DNA of 16,154 nucleotides from Candidatus Iainarchaeum sp. (GTDB lineage Archaea; Iainarchaeota; Iainarchaeia; Iainarchaeales; UBA10191): NCBI GenBank assembly GCA_030649735.1, contig JAUSFL010000017.1, positions 1 to 16,154 of the forward strand, read 5' to 3'. Shown piece by piece: positions 1 to 8,542 of this stretch (position 1 is its first letter; each line of letters starts with the position of its first letter). The notes under the pieces were generated by a model. It saw only the letters and a program-made list of their open reading frames with translations, ran no database searches and was not told where the DNA came from. The position numbers and the translations under genes were made by a program.

Positions 1-3000
1 ACGCCAATAACCAACCAATGCGTTCAAGTCTGAAGGGTCTGAAGAGTTTCCGAAAGAGTCAAGCGCGTTAATCGTGTAATTGTAGTCTGTTCCAATGTCT
101 GAAACTCCGGTCCAATTCACTTGCAGGGAAGTTGTCGGCAAGGCAGTTGAAGTTACAGAAACTCCTGAAGGAACTCCCGGGGCATTAATGTCAGCGGCAT
201 TAGTGTCGGCGAAAGTGTTAATGTCCATCAATAATGGAGTGATTTTCAAGTTGTCAACAAACCAGACATCATCAACACTGCTATAGCCGTAATTTCCAAA
301 GTATATTTTCTTCAAGCCAGTTGTTGCAGTATCCCAATAAGGGGTTTCTGTGAAGAAAATGTCATTAACGTAAGCTTTGCTCATTTTGTTAGCTTGATCA
401 AACAGTATTTTTACGTGATAGTTTCCGCCAACAGTTAAAAGCTTTCCAACACCCCAAATGCTTCCATTATGAATAAACCAGGTTTCATTGTTTATTGCAG
501 ACCATACTGAATTAGTGCCTGCACTCGCAGTTCCAGTTGAAGCAGAATCACCGGCAAAAAACATGAAGTCCCAATCGTTTGCATTGGCAACATTAAAGTC
601 AAATTCCACAATAGCATTAGTGGTGATTTCATTAGGCAAAGTGTACATTGCATAATCTCTAGCTTCTACAGGCACTGCGCCAGGATGGCCCATTCTCAGC
701 TTGTTTCCTAAAATAGTGTAAGTTGAACCATCAGCAACATCCTTGCTCCAGCCGCCAATAGTAGTAATATCCGCTCCGTCAGTTGCTGTAAACTCTTGCT
801 TTGTTCCATTCACTGGCTTAAATTGCCCATCATTGTTAACACTTCTTTCCAAACCGTACTTTCTTGCCCCAATCTGGTACATTTTGTTAACGTCAGCGCC
901 AGTCAAGGCCCTATTGAAGACCATTAATTCATCAAGGTTTACCCAAGGCGAGCCGTCGCCTAAAAGAATGGCTGAAGAGCCAGCTGTTTTAGTGGCCACA
1001 ATATTCGCGCTTCCTTGATATGCTCCATTGACATAATAAGTGAAAAGCGCGCCGTTCTTTGTTCCAGTAATAAAGTACCATTTGTTCAATTCGAAAGTGC
1101 TACCTTGACCGGTTACACCGCACTGACTACAATATCCAGTATTTCCAGGATCATATCTCCAATGCAATGCTGCCAAGCTAGGGTTCACCCAAATTGAAGG
1201 GCTTCTATCTCCTCCACCCGTTGGGTTTGTTCCAAAGACTCTTCTCCAAGAACCATCGTTGGTTTGAGTGAATTTTATCCAAAACGCAATAGAGTGAACG
1301 TCAGTGTTCAAAACACTAGTGGATGGAGTTGTGACAACTGAAGTTTTTAGGTTTAACGCTTTTCCAATTTTGCCATCAACCCAGGCCGGAGTTCCAGTAA
1401 TTTTTCCATTCAAGTCATCTCCACTGCTGTCCAATGCTTTAGTTCCACTGCCTTCCTCAAACCTCCAATAGACAACCATGCTTGAATCCAAGAATTGAGC
1501 GTATGAAGAATTATCGTCTGAAGCAAGCCAATTCACGTCAGCATGGACTGTGGCTCCAGTGCCATTGGAAACAACATTAAAGCTTGCGGGAACAGTAGGG
1601 CCGGAACGGTCTAAAGTAATGTTAGCGTCTAATTTGACAATGCTGTCGCCGTAATATGCGCTGAAATAAGCCCTTACTTTATACCACAGGCTATTATTGT
1701 CTGTTACTCCCGAGTCTTCAAAGCTTGTAGTGCCTGCTGCAAGAGTTGAAGCAATTGTCGTCCAATTGGCTCCAGCATCAACACTCCTGTAAACGTAATA
1801 GCTTGTTTCTCCAGCGACATCGGCCCAAGTTATTTTAATCCCGCCAAGGCCGGAATTCAAGGCATAAAATGCATTATAGTCGACTGCAGTGACTGCTGGA
1901 GCGCAAATTGTTGAAGAATAACTTGTTTCAACAGAATTATTGTTTCTTGCTTTAATTTGATAACAGTAAGACTTTCTAGGCGTCAAGCCAGTGTTTGAGT
2001 AAGTTCCAGTAGAGACAAGTGGCGAAGTCCAGCCAGAAGCAGCGCCTCCAGGATTGCCTGTTGTTTCATTAATGTAAACTCCAGTCATACTAGCGGCAGG
2101 ATTACCATTCAAATTATAGCCCACATTGCAAGCGCTTGCATCACAAACTACGGAAGTAATGTATGGAATTGCGGCAAGAGTCCAAGTAGAAATTGGACCA
2201 CTATAATCGCTATAATTTCCTGCCGCATCCCTAGATCTAGTATTAAACGAGTAATTAGTGTTTGGCGTCAAGCCAAGCCAAGCATAAGGACTAGCAGAAG
2301 ACATATACTCAGTGATAGTATTGAGGTTTTTAATCCAAAATGTAGACAATCCTGAAGTCACTGTTGTTCCGGAAAGTGCGCTTTTGTTTGCTCTGCGCAG
2401 CAAGTACTCCCTGATCATTTGCGCACGGTTTGTAGTGCTAAAAACATTATCAAAATCTTCAATTCCTAACTGGACAAACCTTCCGCCGCTAATATTAGTC
2501 AATTCATAATCCCCGTACCTGTTGCCTGCAGAATAGTATGAGTAATTTTGAGTGATTGTCCAGGTTGCTGGAAGAGTTGTTGGAATCAAACTACGGTAGC
2601 AACTGTAAGAGCTTACGAATGACGGAATATTGGCGTCAGCCGCTGCCTGTTTCGTGCAAGTGTAAGTTGCACCGTCTAACATGTCTGAAGAGCCGTCAAG
2701 AATAGCCCGCATTCTAGTGCTTGAACCAGCATAAATATTGCCGGCAGAATCTAATGATTCATAAAAAGGGTAATCGCCAGTCCAAATTAAAGTCCTGCCA
2801 TTTTCCAACCATTGCTCTGCCCTTGAAGTATCTGCTGTTCCATCATCCAATGCCTGAAAGTCAGTATCCAAGACTACAATGTAAGCGTTAGGGTTGTTCA
2901 AATTGCTGTTGTACCAGTCAGTAAATTCTGCCTGGCTTGACGCAGTGTAATTGAAGACTTTAAAATCAAAAGGCAGCCATTTTTTCAAGTTGTTTAGAAT

Positions 3001-6000
3001 AACCTGCTGTGAACTCGCGCTAATCCAGTTGATGGCATACTGGTTTGAAACAACCGCAACATTAGGCCTTGTTGAATTTCCAAAATCATCGTAAGAAAAA
3101 GCCAAAAAATTGTAATCAGTGCCATAATCTACTGAATCATTCATATAAGCAACATCAATTTGAGAAGAACTGATTGCTGATAAAGTTACTACTCCATAAG
3201 GAACTGAAGGTACAGTATCATCCGGGGCATAAATGTCAGTATAGCTTGTTGAAGTTGACAATGGCGAAGCCTTAAAGCTTCCAAAGTTTGTTACTGACTG
3301 ATAGCTTCTGACTCCAACTGCTCCAGTAGAATAAGTAGTGTCTGTGAAAGTTCCCTTCAAAGCATCGTCAAAATAGACTTTAAAAACGCTGCCTGTTGCA
3401 ATCACTTTCAAATTGTGCGGTTTTGTCCAGTCCGCAACTATTGCAACGCTTGAGCCAACTTGAGTTCCGCTTCCGGAAACTTCCCTCCAAAAATTCAGGT
3501 TGGCAGAACCGTCAATCCAAACCAAGTAAGAATTATTGAAATTTGCAGTCGACGAGCTTCTTAAAATAATTCCCCAATTTGCGTTTCCTGCGGCAGTCCT
3601 GCTGGCATTAACATCAACAACATAGTCAGTCATTGAAGTATTGCCTGTCATTATGACGCTTCCTGCAGTAATGTCTGACTGCAAGAAAGAACTGCCTAGT
3701 ACAGTCCAAGTCCCGGTTACAACAGTCCATGCTGGATTGCTGGTGTATTGGCCGTCGCTAAAGTCATCAAACACTCCGCCAACAGGAGTCCATGCTAAAG
3801 AAGTGATTGGCTTGCTTTGCTCTAAAGTGTACCATTTTCTGGAAGGCCTGTTATAATAGTCAGCCCGTTCCTGGGCCGAAAGAGTCTTGTTGAAAACAGC
3901 GACTTCATCAACAGAGCCAGTGTATTCTTGGTTAACAGAATTTGTTCTTGCAATGTCCAAATTATTGTCATTGACTACAGTATTCGCTAATACTCCGCCG
4001 CCGCCCCCTTCCCTCACATCAGCATTATTACGGTAAACATACTGGTAGCCACTGCTTGTGAAACCAAGCTCATTATACCAAGTGCCTAAAGTCAAATTGT
4101 TATAGCAGCAGTCTTGAGCATAAGAATTGTTTGATGCCCTAAACTGGTACTTGTAGCAATAACTTCCACAACCGGATTCTGCAACCAGCATGCTGCTAAA
4201 AGCGTCTCCAGCCAATCCGCCGCCAACAGCTTTTGTTACAGGATTTTCCCAATTGCTTCCAGGATAATATGGATAACTTGCTAAATTATCCCAAAATATT
4301 AGGCTTAAATCCCCAGTAGTGTCCATGGATGAATTGTCTGCGACAGTCACGTAATTGCTTGTGCTGTCTGAATTTAATGCAGTCCCAAGCTTTCCGGCCT
4401 TCAAGGCTTTTCCAACATAAAACCCGTCATTTGCGTTTCCACTGCTGTCTAAAGCCCTTAAAGAATTGTCGCTTCCTTCAGCATCAAGCTGGTAAACTTC
4501 AAACTCTTGAACGCTCAAGCGCCAGCCAGTATCATCAGCAACGCTTGTGGCATAAAGTCGCACATACCTTGCAAAAGCCGGAGAAAACCTCACATCTTTG
4601 GTGGAATTGCCATCAATTCCAGAATATACTGTGACCCAAGTTGAGGCATCATTTGAAACTTGAATGCTGTAATTGTCAGTGAGAGAGCAAGCATAAGGAG
4701 AACCGCCAGCTTCGCTTATTTTCACTCTTCTTATTGTTTGAGAACTGCCCAAGTCAACGTAAATCCAGTCATTTTCTCCTCCATTGAAGGATTCTCCACT
4801 GCACCAAAGCGTTGAAGTCGAACCGTCAGTTGCAAAAGACTGTACTGGATCTGAAGGATAAGAAGCACCACAATCTGTAGTGCCTAAGCAGCAGCTTCTA
4901 GCACCTGTTGCAGTGTTTTTAAGGCAGTAATAATCGCTGTAAGTTGCTGAAGCTTTTGTCGTTGCTGTTTTTCCTCTCGCAAGATTTGTGTTGTATTCTT
5001 CAAACCTCCAGTAGCCTTTCAAGTTAGTGCCTAAAAAGTCTGCATAGCTTGTTTCGTCAGTGCTTGCAGTCCAACTCAAGCCTGCATAAGTGCCATAGTT
5101 AGTGGCAGCTAAATTTCCAGGAAGTGAAGGCGCAGTGCGGTCTTGGGTTATAATTGATTTCATGCCTGAATCAATATACCCGGCGCTTCCTAAAGTCCTG
5201 ACTTTGTAAGAGTAAGTATTGTTTGACAACGTTGTCAAGTCATTGTAAAAAATAGTGTTTGCAGCCAGAGTTCCAGAAACATTTATCCAATTGACTCCAT
5301 CCCCGGCTCTCCAGACCTGATAGCCTGTCTCGTCAGTGGCGTCAGTCCAGCTTACTTTCACGCCCCCATTCTTAGAATCTAAAGGAATCAAAGTGTTAGA
5401 GTCTAAAGTAATAGTGCTTGGAGTGCTTGAAACATAAGTGACGCTTAAAGTTGGAGAATAACCAGCGCCGTTATCAACCTGATACCAGCCAGTCCAATAA
5501 CTTGATCCTTCAGTTTGGTATTTTATTCCAACATTAAAATAATTTGAGGAAAGCTGATTGTACAAGTCAGTGTCTGCTGTTGTTCCAAGGTCTACGTAAT
5601 TATAGCCACTGTTCCAGCCAGTAGTGGTAGCGTACAAGGTTCCGCTTGCAATTTGGGAAGAAAGTGTAGAATAAGTTCCTGAACAATTATTGTTAGTGTT
5701 TGGAAGCCTTCTGGCTTCAATATTTCCTAAAGCTCCACTATAAGAATAATAGTACAGTTTTAGTTGAACATTACTTATTGGTGAATTGTCAGGAATTGCA
5801 GTAGTGTTAAAGTTTGTAAAAGTGCGGTAATAGGTAGTACCGCTGTTTCCAGCATACATTGTAGTGATGCTATTTCTACAGTAATAAGGCGAAAACATGA
5901 TGTCAACCATGCCGTACATTGTGGTTGTTATTGTTGTTGGAGCTGCAAGAGTGCACCCGGTTGTCGAATAATAGAATGAGTTATTGATGGTTATGCTGTT

Positions 6001-7683
6001 GCTTGTTCTCGGCAAGGCTGTGATGGGACTACGATAGTAACCGCCGCTTCCAACAAGGCATGCGCCCACATAATAGGTTACGCCCGAACTGACCGCCAAT
6101 GGGGTTGCTAGGCTTCCGCAAACCCAACCAGTCCCAGAGCCGGCAATGCTGGTTGATGCGAGTTCTCCGTAAGTCGAGTTCCATACTTTTACTGTTTTGG
6201 CGCCGGAAAAATACCCGCACACCTGGCCTATGGTACCAGAAACAGTAGGAGTAAAATTGTACCCCATAATATAATTCCAGGCAGTCGGACCTGAAAGCGT
6301 TCCGTCCTCAATGGGCGGGTATACTGCAGAGGGTGAAGGGTAGTAAACATCCCCGTCATCAGCGCTTGCTTCAGTGAAAGTTGACGTTGGATCGATTGTT
6401 ACAGGGAATTGCCTGCTTGCATCATTAAGCCAAGAGTAAGGGACATTAGTGCTTAGAATGTAATTTCCATCAAGTGTTTTTTCAAGAGTGTAAGACAATG
6501 ATGTTAGCGGATTGTTTGCTGAATCCCAAACGCTTGCAGGCTGTATTTGGTACTTGAAGTTTCCCTGCAAGTCCTGGAAAATAATTGCATCGGATGTTGT
6601 TGCAGTATTCCCGTCAAAGACTTGCCCGCCAATTAGGATTTGGGTGCCGGCGTCAATGTAGATTTGCTCTTTAATTTGGAAAAAGTCTTCATTGGTTGCC
6701 TGCGCGTCTGAAGGAAGGCTTGCCAAAGACTGCATCACAAACTCTTGCTTTACTCCGTCAGGCAGGTAAATTATTTTCGCGTCAATTCCATTCCCTAAAG
6801 AATCAGAGTATTCAAAATTTCCTTTCGAGGCTTTCTTGAATTTGTTTGCATTCGCTGCCTTGACAATTTCTTTCACACTGCCATTGCTTTTTTTAGTGCC
6901 GGCCCCCAAAAGCCTGAAAGAAAAAACATTCCCGTCTTTTTCAATCCTTACTGCATTGTTTGCAGTCAAGTCTTGGTTCATCCAAAAGTCAATTGCGCCT
7001 TGCTCTATGCTGTAATCATAATTTGATTTTGCTTTTTCTTTAGGAATTGAAGAAGCAGCCAATGTCTGCTTGTCGACTTTTTTCAAGAGCTTTTGGATTT
7101 TCTTGAAAGATCCTGAATTAGCGTCTAAATAATTTATTTGATCAAGATGAATTTCCGCGGTTTTTGTGCCATCGGCATTGCAGAAAGTGTCAGTGGTTTC
7201 AGTCCTTCCGCACGCGTCATTTTCAGGCTCTGGAAGGTCTTCAGTCACTTCGGCAACGCCAGTAATTGAAAGGCTTGCGGTTTTTACTGCAGACTTTTCC
7301 TTTGTTGAAGCGTCAGAAACAATGCAGCTTGCAGAATAATCTCCCGCCTCTTGAGTTATTGTGAAATCGCAGGAAATATTATCATAAGGGCTTGGGAATG
7401 AAGTGTTTGGCTTGTCGCACACGCTGTTGTTTTTTGTAGGAACGCAATTTGCAATGTCAACGCAGCAGTAAAAATTCACTTGGTTTCCTTGCGATTGCGA
7501 GACTCCTTGGGGAGTTATTTTTAGAGTGTCGCCCAAAGCAACTGGGTTTGGATCGGCATTAATTCCGATTAATGAAGGCGGAAGCGCGAGGGCAAAGCCT
7601 GCAATTAAAATTAGGAATGCTCCAAAGAGTAAAACTCTTCCCCCACTCTGCAAAAAAACCACTTTTTGGAAAACAAAATCCAC
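1..7683 (-). CDS. Giant secreted multidomain surface protein/adhesin (>=2550 aa, 3' end beyond window): signal peptide, WapA-like N-terminal module, DNRLRE-like and DUF4082-like domains, multiple FN3, LamG/ConA-like x>=3, F5/8 type C (discoidin), alpha/beta domain
   Basis: Manual translation gives one open minus-strand frame from GTG 7683 (alternatives GTG 7662, TTG 7653) to the window edge (...DSFGNSSDPSDLNALVGYWR at 60..1). N-terminus RVLLFGAFLILIAGFALA|LPP looks like a Sec signal. Motifs: LamG YWRFEE...ALDSSG...GK(L/I)G(T/K)AL...DE(V/L)xVFN(K/R)xL; F5/8C NLARGK...WIYVDLGSSQTIRRVKI...ARYVRL...VQEFEVY; FN3 GLTPNTNYSF, GLTPRKSYCYQIKA. Confidence 0.92.
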   Translation of the reverse strand, partial: MDFVFQKVVFLQSGGRVLLFGAFLILIAGFALALPPSLIGINADPNPVALGDTLKITPQGVSQSQGNQVNFYCCVDIANCVPTKNNSVCDKPNTSFPSPYDNISCDFTITQEAGDYSASCIVSDASTKEKSAVKTASLSITGVAEVTEDLPEPENDACGRTETTDTFCNADGTKTAEIHLDQINYLDANSGSFKKIQKLLKKVDKQTLAASSIPKEKAKSNYDYSIEQGAIDFWMNQDLTANNAVRIEKDGNVFSFRLLGAGTKKSNGSVKEIVKAANANKFKKASKGNFEYSDSLGNGIDAKIIYLPDGVKQEFVMQSLASLPSDAQATNEDFFQIKEQIYIDAGTQILIGGQVFDGNTATTSDAIIFQDLQGNFKYQIQPASVWDSANNPLTSLSYTLEKTLDGNYILSTNVPYSWLNDASRQFPVTIDPTSTFTEASADDGDVYYPSPSAVYPPIEDGTLSGPTAWNYIMGYNFTPTVSGTIGQVCGYFSGAKTVKVWNSTYGELASTSIAGSGTGWVCGSLATPLAVSSGVTYYVGACLVGSGGYYRSPITALPRTSNSITINNSFYYSTTGCTLAAPTTITTTMYGMVDIMFSPYYCRNSITTMYAGNSGTTYYRTFTNFNTTAIPDNSPISNVQLKLYYYSYSGALGNIEARRLPNTNNNCSGTYSTLSSQIASGTLYATTTGWNSGYNYVDLGTTADTDLYNQLSSNYFNVGIKYQTEGSSYWTGWYQVDNGAGYSPTLSVTYVSSTPSTITLDSNTLIPLDSKNGGVKVSWTDATDETGYQVWRAGDGVNWINVSGTLAANTIFYNDLTTLSNNTYSYKVRTLGSAGYIDSGMKSIITQDRTAPSLPGNLAATNYGTYAGLSWTASTDETSYADFLGTNLKGYWRFEEYNTNLARGKTATTKASATYSDYYCLKNTATGARSCCLGTTDCGASYPSDPVQSFATDGSTSTLWCSGESFNGGENDWIYVDLGSSQTIRRVKISEAGGSPYACSLTDNYSIQVSNDASTWVTVYSGIDGNSTKDVRFSPAFARYVRLYATSVADDTGWRLSVQEFEVYQLDAEGSDNSLRALDSSGNANDGFYVGKALKAGKLGTALNSDSTSNYVTVADNSSMDTTGDLSLIFWDNLASYPYYPGSNWENPVTKAVGGGLAGDAFSSMLVAESGCGSYCYKYQFRASNNSYAQDCCYNNLTLGTWYNELGFTSSGYQYVYRNNADVREGGGGGVLANTVVNDNNLDIARTNSVNQEYTGSVDEVAVFNKTLSAQERADYYNRPSRKWYTLEQSKPITSLAWTPVGGVFDDFSDGQYTSNPAWTVVTGTWTVLGSSFLQSDITAGSVIMTGNTSMTDYVVDVNASRTAAGNANWGIILRSSSTANFNNSYLVWIDGSANLNFWREVSGSGTQVGSSVAIVADWTKPHNLKVIATGSVFKVYFDDALKGTFTDTTYSTGAVGVRSYQSVTNFGSFKASPLSTSTSYTDIYAPDDTVPSVPYGVVTLSAISSSQIDVAYMNDSVDYGTDYNFLAFSYDDFGNSTRPNVAVVSNQYAINWISASSQQVILNNLKKWLPFDFKVFNYTASSQAEFTDWYNSNLNNPNAYIVVLDTDFQALDDGTADTSRAEQWLENGRTLIWTGDYPFYESLDSAGNIYAGSSTRMRAILDGSSDMLDGATYTCTKQAAADANIPSFVSSYSCYRSLIPTTLPATWTITQNYSYYSAGNRYGDYELTNISGGRFVQLGIEDFDNVFSTTNRAQMIREYLLRRANKSALSGTTVTSGLSTFWIKNLNTITEYMSSASPYAWLGLTPNTNYSFNTRSRDAAGNYSDYSGPISTWTLAAIPYITSVVCDASACNVGYNLNGNPAASMTGVYINETTGNPGGAASGWTSPLVSTGTYSNTGLTPRKSYCYQIKARNNNSVETSYSSTICAPAVTAVDYNAFYALNSGLGGIKITWADVAGETSYYVYRSVDAGANWTTIASTLAAGTTSFEDSGVTDNNSLWYKVRAYFSAYYGDSIVKLDANITLDRSGPTVPASFNVVSNGTGATVHADVNWLASDDNSSYAQFLDSSMVVYWRFEEGSGTKALDSSGDDLNGKITGTPAWVDGKIGKALNLKTSVVTTPSTSVLNTDVHSIAFWIKFTQTNDGSWRRVFGTNPTGGGDRSPSIWVNPSLAALHWRYDPGNTGYCSQCGVTGQGSTFELNKWYFITGTKNGALFTYYVNGAYQGSANIVATKTAGSSAILLGDGSPWVNLDELMVFNRALTGADVNKMYQIGARKYGLERSVNNDGQFKPVNGTKQEFTATDGADITTIGGWSKDVADGSTYTILGNKLRMGHPGAVPVEARDYAMYTLPNEITTNAIVEFDFNVANANDWDFMFFAGDSASTGTASAGTNSVWSAINNETWFIHNGSIWGVGKLLTVGGNYHVKILFDQANKMSKAYVNDIFFTETPYWDTATTGLKKIYFGNYGYSSVDDVWFVDNLKITPLLMDINTFADTNAADINAPGVPSGVSVTSTALPTTSLQVNWTGVSDIGTDYNYTINALDSFGNSSDPSDLNALVGYWR

Positions 7684-7703
7684 TATTATATACAGGTCTA
7701 AGA

Positions 7704-7717
7704 TTATTAAACCTTGC
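7704..7717 (-). promoter_or_regulatory. Archaeal BRE/TATA promoter of the giant gene
   Basis: Minus strand GCAAGG-TTTAATAA about 21 nt upstream of GTG 7683. It shares the AAGGTTTAA core with the ATPase promoter. Confidence 0.55.
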
Positions 7718-7792
7718 TAAAATCTGGTTGTTTTTCCAAACCAAAAAAACGTGGTTAAATAAGAAAGCAAACTAATTTCTTTTGGGAAAGAT

Positions 7793-7828
7793 CAAAAAGA
7801 AGAAAGAAACGCTGGTTTCATCCAGCGC
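7793..7828 (-). terminator. Hairpin plus U-tract terminator overlapping the pilin stop codon
   Basis: Minus strand GCGCTGG-ATGAAA-CCAGCG followed by TTTCTTTCTTCTTTTT. The loop contains the TGA stop. Confidence 0.6.
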
Positions 7829-8273
7829 AGTTTCCAACCAAATTCTTTTGGCCTTCAAAAGGAACTGAAGTCAAGCTTTCAGTATTGTATACAATGTTGA
7901 CTTTATAGCTTAAAGAATCGCCTTTTGTGCAAGTCACTCCGGCGCCAGTGATTGTTTTTGTCGTTCCTGCATTTATTGCAACAGTGCCGGCCCCGATTGA
8001 AACTCCATTAAGATTGAAATCATATATTGTGACTGTTTCGTTCAAAGTGTTTCGCAAAACAATCTGTGCTCCAGTGCTTGTTATTGAATACTGCGTGATT
8101 GAAAGCGGAGTTGCGGCAGCCCAGTATAATTTGCTGTCCTGCTCATTCACTTGAGTGTTTGTCCCGATTTTCAAGACTTGCGTTGCAACAACAATTGCAA
8201 TGATTAAAACAACTGAAAGAATTATCAAGTACTCTAAAGTTCCCTGCGCTCTCTTATCCAACAAAACCACCAT
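7818..8273 (-). CDS. Class III signal peptide-containing protein (archaeal type IV pilin-like)
   Basis: Short basic leader and KRAQ|GTLEYLIILSVVLIIAIVV (Gln before the cleavage site, downstream Glu, hydrophobic helix), then a small beta-rich domain with two Cys; 151 aa. Confidence 0.88.
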   Translation of the reverse strand: MVVLLDKRAQGTLEYLIILSVVLIIAIVVATQVLKIGTNTQVNEQDSKLYWAAATPLSITQYSITSTGAQIVLRNTLNETVTIYDFNLNGVSIGAGTVAINAGTTKTITGAGVTCTKGDSLSYKVNIVYNTESLTSVPFEGQKNLVGNCAG

Positions 8274-8300
8274 TTTTCTCCGAAATAATAAGAATTCGGG

Positions 8301-8318
8301 AATATAAAAAACTTTCTT
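8301..8318 (-). promoter_or_regulatory. BRE/TATA promoter of the pilin-like gene
   Basis: Minus strand AAGAAAG-TTTTTTATATT about 28 nt upstream of ATG 8273. Confidence 0.55.
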
Positions 8319-8419
8319 TTTGCTTAACGCTGGCCCCTAAGCCTGGCGGAAAGTGGGAGTCTGGCAGTTTTGGCCTATTTTTGATTAGTGGGTTTTATTA
8401 ACTTTTATAAGCATGTTTT

Positions 8420-8542
8420 TTGTATAGTGAAGACAATCCAGAGAACGCTAAAGTGCTTTTAGGCATTAGGGAAAGATTTTACTCAGATACTGAAATCAAG
8501 GAGTGGATAATGCATGGCAAAATCAGGCAGTTTAAAAGATAA
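8420..8542 (+). pseudogene. Probable 3' remnant of a Fic/Doc-family toxin gene
   Basis: Frame reads LYSEDNPENAKVLLGIRERFYSDTEIKEWIMHGKIRQFKR*, with an in-frame TAA just upstream (8408-8410). It resembles, from memory, the C-terminus of short DPANN Doc-like proteins. The HPFxxGNxR catalytic motif is absent. Confidence 0.45.

Noticed and set aside
95-4634. Plus-strand ORFs in the track over the left half
   Set aside because: Antisense shadows of the giant minus-strand CDS; no recognisable motifs.
6029-6220. 63-aa minus ORF suggesting a frameshift in the giant gene
   Set aside because: The main frame reads through openly with coherent DUF4082-like sequence; this is an alternative-frame ORF.
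7526-7775. Short ORFs around the giant gene start
   Set aside because: They overlap its promoter and signal peptide in other frames or on the other strand.
8325-8395. GC-richer intergenic patch as a possible ncRNA/tRNA fragment
   Set aside because: No cloverleaf or convincing stem found.
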